A stretch of 64,000 nt of DNA, taken from an uncultured Gammaproteobacteria bacterium (lineage in GTDB: Bacteria; Patescibacteriota; Microgenomatia; UBA10105; UBA927). The notes beneath the pieces are model-generated. The model made no database searches. It was not told the origin of the DNA and saw nothing but the letters and a program-made list of their open reading frames with translations. The translations under genes and the position numbers were made by a program. The stretch covers positions 2,803 through 66,802 of the forward strand of contig CAYIXE010000001.1 in assembly GCA_964367095.1 (NCBI GenBank), given 5' to 3'. Positions 59,825-64,000 of the stretch are shown here, in pieces. Positions within the stretch are counted from its first letter, which is position 1. Each line of letters opens with the position of its first letter.

Positions 59825-60577
59825 CTACGTATACAGACCGCGTAACGCATGTATGCGAATACGAATAATATCAATAAATCCTCGCAAAGAGTCCTTTAGG
59901 GGATTGACGCGGCGTGTTTCTACATAATGCCATTCGACAGGAACTTCTTTGATCTTATACCCAAATTTCTTTCCTAAAAACAACACTTCTATATCAAACC
60001 CGGCTGTCACCATAGGGCCGTCAACTTTTGAAATACTCGTATACAACGCTAATTTTTGAAATATTTTACTTGAAACTTCACGTTTGAAGGCTTTAAATCC
60101 GCACTGTGTGTCGGTGATTCCCTTTAAACCTAAAATAAGGGATCTTAGAAACATAAATCCTCGGGCCATGATGACCCTAGACACTGGCGCCCCCTGTCTA
60201 TCGCGATTTCTTGATCCTATAACTATGTCATATCCTTTATCAAAAAACGGCAATAATTTTTCTAACTCTTCAATCGGTGTTGCCTGATCAAGGTCTGAAA
60301 ACAAAACAATATCGCCTTTGGCCGAAAGCATCCCTGCTATCACCGTACCCGCTTTTCCAACATGTCTGTTATGAAGGATTGTAAATCCTCTATTGGCTTT
60401 GCCGAAAATATCAAGAAGCTTTGGGGACTGATCCATTGATCCATCATCGACAATGATTACCTCCCATAAAAATGATTGTCGGTCAAGATACCGCGCCACT
60501 TTATCCAGTGACCCTAATCGAATATTGGTCTCTTCATTAAAACACGGTATGACAACCGACAAATATGGCTTTATCAT
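59825..60577 (-). CDS. GT2, dolichyl/polyprenyl-phosphate glucose synthase (ALG5)-like
   Basis: VIPCFNEE, DDGS.D, GKAG, SDLDQATP, GSR, DTQCGFK, FDIEVL. Confidence 0.85.
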   Translation of the reverse strand: MIKPYLSVVIPCFNEETNIRLGSLDKVARYLDRQSFLWEVIIVDDGSMDQSPKLLDIFGKANRGFTILHNRHVGKAGTVIAGMLSAKGDIVLFSDLDQATPIEELEKLLPFFDKGYDIVIGSRNRDRQGAPVSRVIMARGFMFLRSLILGLKGITDTQCGFKAFKREVSSKIFQKLALYTSISKVDGPMVTAGFDIEVLFLGKKFGYKIKEVPVEWHYVETRRVNPLKDSLRGFIDIIRIRIHALRGLYT

Positions 60578-62148
60578 TTATTAATCTCCTTTATTGGATC
60601 GTAGTGTACGAGTTTCATGATGCGAACAAACGAGCTTGGCCACTCACCGACCACTTCTGCTCGACCAAAACCAGCTATTTCCCACAAAGGATGTCCTAAG
60701 GGTTTACACTCTGGCAGGTCACATATTACGATGAGCTGATCAGTGACAGTGGTCCGCAAAGGATCTACATCGTTGCGTTCAATGGTCACAGGCGGAGATC
60801 CCCAAATTTCAAAAAAATACCGATACACATGATCAGAATTAAAATTTGCAAGAAGTGCAAAATTAAATGGCTTTCCCTCGGCTTTTTCATACGCTTCTTT
60901 TGCAATCATGCGCGCTTGAGCTAATTGATTGTTTGGTAGAAATTTAAAAGGTCTTCCTTCCCAATTAAAGATCACCAGAATACTTAAAAAAATTCCGGCA
61001 AACACTATTCCCATCCGAGAGCTCCCCAAGACCCGCAACAGCATAGCAACAAATAAAAACGGCAAAGGGAAGAAAATACCAAAATAATAATCATAAATAC
61101 CCTTTTTATAGAAGCCAAACAATACAAGAGGGATAATAAACCATACTGCAAAAAGTACCATCGTACGATACCATGAAGTATCACCTTTTTTTATCCATGC
61201 AGGTTTGAGAAATCCTACAAGGAAACTTATGACCATCGCTATTGAGGCCCACAGGGAAAATTTTATAACACTCTCCCATAACAGACGACCGACAAGCGAC
61301 ACATTCACAAACTGCTCAGGAGGCGGCAGTCGAAACACGAGACGCCCGAATAATCGATAGGAAACATCCGTAATAATTGATATAAATTGAGCGGAATTAA
61401 ATCCTGTATCACTTCCCGAAAGTAAAAAGCGGGTGATAGAAATCGTGTTGGGAAAGCCGTGTCGCAATTCAAACGCTAAAAACGGCGCATACCCCACAAG
61501 AAAACCAAATACGCCAATACCATAAAGCTTCAAGTATTTTATATTTCTCCCATAAAAAAGAAACCACACGCCGACAACGGGAAAGAGAAAAAGAAACAAA
61601 TAATGAAGCTGCATCCCAATGCCCAACGCTACACCAATCAAAAATAATGAAAGCCGCGACATTTCTCTGCCAGCGCGCCATAAAAGATAGATAAGAGACA
61701 ATGCAAAAAAGGGAACAACATTTGGATTCCATGAGGATCGGGAGTACGCGATGACAAGAGGAGACACACTGTAAAGAAGTGCTGCTATAAGTCCGGTCCA
61801 CACATCAATAAAATCTTTTCCGACTTTATAGAGAAGTACCACTGTAGCAATGCCAAACAATCCAACCATCGCTGCAGCTCCAGCTGGATTCATCCCGGAC
61901 GCCCACACAAACGGCAGCATAAAATAATAATAAATAGGACCCAAAAAAAATCCGCCTACAGATGCAGTCGGACCCAAAAGTGTGAACTTGTGGTCAACAA
62001 TCATACGTTTGACCACCAGCATATCCCGGCCTTCATCTCCCAAAAATGTCATGTACTCTGAAATCTTATACAGTCGAAGGTATCCGGCCAAAAGAACAAT
62101 ACATAAAAGAAGAACATGATGCCAATGATGGGAAAAAAAGCGCTTCAT
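60574..62148 (-). CDS. GT-C ArnT/PMT-like glycosyltransferase, group C
   Basis: FLGDEGRD, LLGP, LGPIYYY, SRSSWNPN, QLHY. Start at the ATG at 62148. Confidence 0.8.
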   Translation of the reverse strand: MKRFFSHHWHHVLLLCIVLLAGYLRLYKISEYMTFLGDEGRDMLVVKRMIVDHKFTLLGPTASVGGFFLGPIYYYFMLPFVWASGMNPAGAAAMVGLFGIATVVLLYKVGKDFIDVWTGLIAALLYSVSPLVIAYSRSSWNPNVVPFFALSLIYLLWRAGREMSRLSLFLIGVALGIGMQLHYLFLFLFPVVGVWFLFYGRNIKYLKLYGIGVFGFLVGYAPFLAFELRHGFPNTISITRFLLSGSDTGFNSAQFISIITDVSYRLFGRLVFRLPPPEQFVNVSLVGRLLWESVIKFSLWASIAMVISFLVGFLKPAWIKKGDTSWYRTMVLFAVWFIIPLVLFGFYKKGIYDYYFGIFFPLPFLFVAMLLRVLGSSRMGIVFAGIFLSILVIFNWEGRPFKFLPNNQLAQARMIAKEAYEKAEGKPFNFALLANFNSDHVYRYFFEIWGSPPVTIERNDVDPLRTTVTDQLIVICDLPECKPLGHPLWEIAGFGRAEVVGEWPSSFVRIMKLVHYDPIKEINK

Positions 62149-62156
62149 GAAAAATA

Positions 62157-63269
62157 TTACTTTGACTTCCAAATTACTCTGGAATACATAATGTAATTCC
62201 AAATAAGACCTATACTGACGCCAATAATATACCAAGGAAAATATGAATCTCTTCCCGTAATGTTTGTCCCAAATAACACAGTTCCTGATTGGATTAAAAG
62301 CCCGCCAAGGGCTGCTAAGTTAAACTGGATAAACTTCGGTAGCAGGGCAACTCCGGAAATCTTACGTGCATGAAATGTCCACGTGTTGTTTAATATAAAA
62401 TTAGAAATGATTGCAAACTCAGCACCACTGGCACTCCCCATGGCTGGATGAAACCCAAAAAACACAAATATCTCAAGAATGGCTGTATTTATCAAAAATC
62501 CGATACTGCCAACGATTGCAAATCTTGGGAATGTTCCTTTCATAATCGCTTTATACCGGGATGAAAAAACAAACATAATAATGCTCATAATGTATTCAAG
62601 TGGTGCTATTTTAGAGCGTCCGAACCTTCTATCAGTAAAGATAATCGGCACTTCCCCCACATGTGCGCCATTTTGTATCGATGTATAAAGAAATGCGATC
62701 TGAAAAACATATCCGCTATACGGCGAAACGATAGTTTTCGCTTTTTGAAAATAATTTGCATTAAAAGCACGATATCCGCCAGTCCAATCATGAACTTGAG
62801 TCTTTCCTAAACCGAAACGGACAAATGTGTTTCCGATCACGCTGTAAATTTTTCGATGAAGTCCCCAATTAGCAGGTATTGAACCGCCGGGGATATATCT
62901 GCTTCCCACGACGAAATCATTTCCTTTTTTAAGTTTTTGTATAAATTGAGGCAGTACCTTAGGATCATGCGACATATCCGCATCCATCTGAATAATAATA
63001 TCGGCCTTCAGATGTAAAACCGCGTACGTCATGCCGGCAAGAAGCGCTTTGCCTAAGCCCTCTTTTTTTCTCGACAGAATATGAATATTTTTATGCGATT
63101 TTTGAAAGGCCGCTGCTAGATCTTTGGTGCCATCCGGCGACATATCATCAACGACTAAGATATGAAATGTCATATCAGGAATCGTTTTAAGTACGGCTGA
63201 TACGGATTCCAACATGGTAGTAATGTTTTCCCGCTCGTTGTACGTCGGTAAAATTATGACCGTGTTCAT
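62157..63269 (-). CDS. polyprenol-monophosphomannose synthase (Ppm1/DPM1)-like GT2 fused to a C-terminal GtrA domain
   Basis: LPTYNERENI, DDMSPDGT, MDADMSHDP, GSRYIPGG, DRRFGRSK; then RFAIVGSIGFLIN...SNFILNNTWTF...WNY..SRVIW (GtrA). Confidence 0.9.
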   Translation of the reverse strand: MNTVIILPTYNERENITTMLESVSAVLKTIPDMTFHILVVDDMSPDGTKDLAAAFQKSHKNIHILSRKKEGLGKALLAGMTYAVLHLKADIIIQMDADMSHDPKVLPQFIQKLKKGNDFVVGSRYIPGGSIPANWGLHRKIYSVIGNTFVRFGLGKTQVHDWTGGYRAFNANYFQKAKTIVSPYSGYVFQIAFLYTSIQNGAHVGEVPIIFTDRRFGRSKIAPLEYIMSIIMFVFSSRYKAIMKGTFPRFAIVGSIGFLINTAILEIFVFFGFHPAMGSASGAEFAIISNFILNNTWTFHARKISGVALLPKFIQFNLAALGGLLIQSGTVLFGTNITGRDSYFPWYIIGVSIGLIWNYIMYSRVIWKSK

Positions 63270-63281
63270 ATAGTTGAGGCG

Positions 63282-64000
63282 CTAAACGCGAGCTCTCCAA
63301 TAATCAAGAAGATCTTTAAGCGTCTTCTCAAAGGGGATTTCCGGCTTCCAGCCGGTTTTTGCAACAAATTTGGAATTATCTCCAATAAGAATTGGAACGT
63401 CAGACGGACGCATTCTCGCGGGATCCTGTTTTATCTGTACTTTCACATTGGAAAACGACAACAACATGTCAAGCACCGCTTTCATCTGAAACGCTTTCCC
63501 TGTGCAAATGTTATATACCTCACCCGGATCACATTTTTCTACAGCTAAAGTATACGCTCGCACCATGTCCCGCACGTCTGTATAATCACGCTCTGCTTCC
63601 AAGTTCCCTACAAAAATAATCGGCTCTTGCTTACCCTTTTCTATAAGTGCAATTTGCTTTGCAAATGTTGATTCTGCAAACGTCTCGCCTCTTCGCGGCC
63701 CCGTGTGATTAAATCCTCGGGTTCTCACTATCCTTAGCTTATACGACTCAAAATACTGATACCCCAAATAATCCATAGCAACTTTAGATACAGCATATGG
63801 CGAAAGAGGTCGCAATGGATTGGTTTCACGAATTGGAACTTCATTTGGAAATACCATGCCGTATTCTTCAGATGAACACGCAATTTGAATCACCGGATCA
63901 ATACCCGATCGTCTGACTGCTTCAAAAAGATTTGCTGATCCGACGATGTTTACTTCAAGCGTGATGGCAGGAGATCCCCATGACGTCGGCACAAAAGATT
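63282..64000 (-). CDS. GDP-mannose 4,6-dehydratase / Rmd-like extended SDR, 5' end outside window
   Basis: The frame stays open to the window edge (..SFVPTSW); SSEEYG, PLSPYAVSK, FNHTGPRRGETF, GNLEAERD, RPSDV. Confidence 0.8.
   Translation of the reverse strand, partial: SFVPTSWGSPAITLEVNIVGSANLFEAVRRSGIDPVIQIACSSEEYGMVFPNEVPIRETNPLRPLSPYAVSKVAMDYLGYQYFESYKLRIVRTRGFNHTGPRRGETFAESTFAKQIALIEKGKQEPIIFVGNLEAERDYTDVRDMVRAYTLAVEKCDPGEVYNICTGKAFQMKAVLDMLLSFSNVKVQIKQDPARMRPSDVPILIGDNSKFVAKTGWKPEIPFEKTLKDLLDYWRARV

Noticed and set aside
1-64000. tRNA, rRNA, IS elements, integron attC sites, alternative genetic code
   Set aside because: Intergenic gaps are too short or lack such structures; no transposase or integrase seen; TGA terminates many intact genes, consistent with code 11.

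Overview
The whole 64 kb is one very large, AT-rich surface-glycosylation locus, almost entirely on the minus strand and running off both ends of the window. TGA is used as a stop codon. The gene content (DUF5667-like protein, YerC/YecD-like TrpR gene, weak or absent Shine-Dalgarno sites, large numbers of GT-C enzymes) suggests a Patescibacteria/CPR genome, probably Microgenomates; this is an inference. Left part (1-20 kb): nucleotide-sugar enzymes (RfbF, RfbG-like, RfbE-like, RfbC-like, Fcl/ColC-like, ColD-like), GT2/GT4 transferases, SAM methyltransferases and a Wzx-like flippase. These are interrupted by small non-glycan genes (HTH-Fic, TrpR-like, AAA_14/DUF4143 ATPase, truncated BRO-N, hicBA) that mostly carry their own promoter or operator. 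Right part (21-64 kb): about 19 polytopic GT-C-type membrane glycosyltransferases in 4-5 paralogous groups, with most of the five polyprenol-phosphate-sugar synthase-like GT2s (one fused to GtrA), a second flippase, and a four-gene block on the opposite strand. Most striking DNA-level signals: (i) the TrpR-like gene is bracketed by two identical perfect 28-bp palindromes; (ii) a 31-bp promoter-like sequence is duplicated just downstream of two inserted genes; (iii) the Fic gene has a palindromic operator and a His-to-Gln active-site motif; (iv) leaderless-type promoters; (v) a GC-rich hairpin inside a coding tail. All family assignments come from motif recognition, not database searches.
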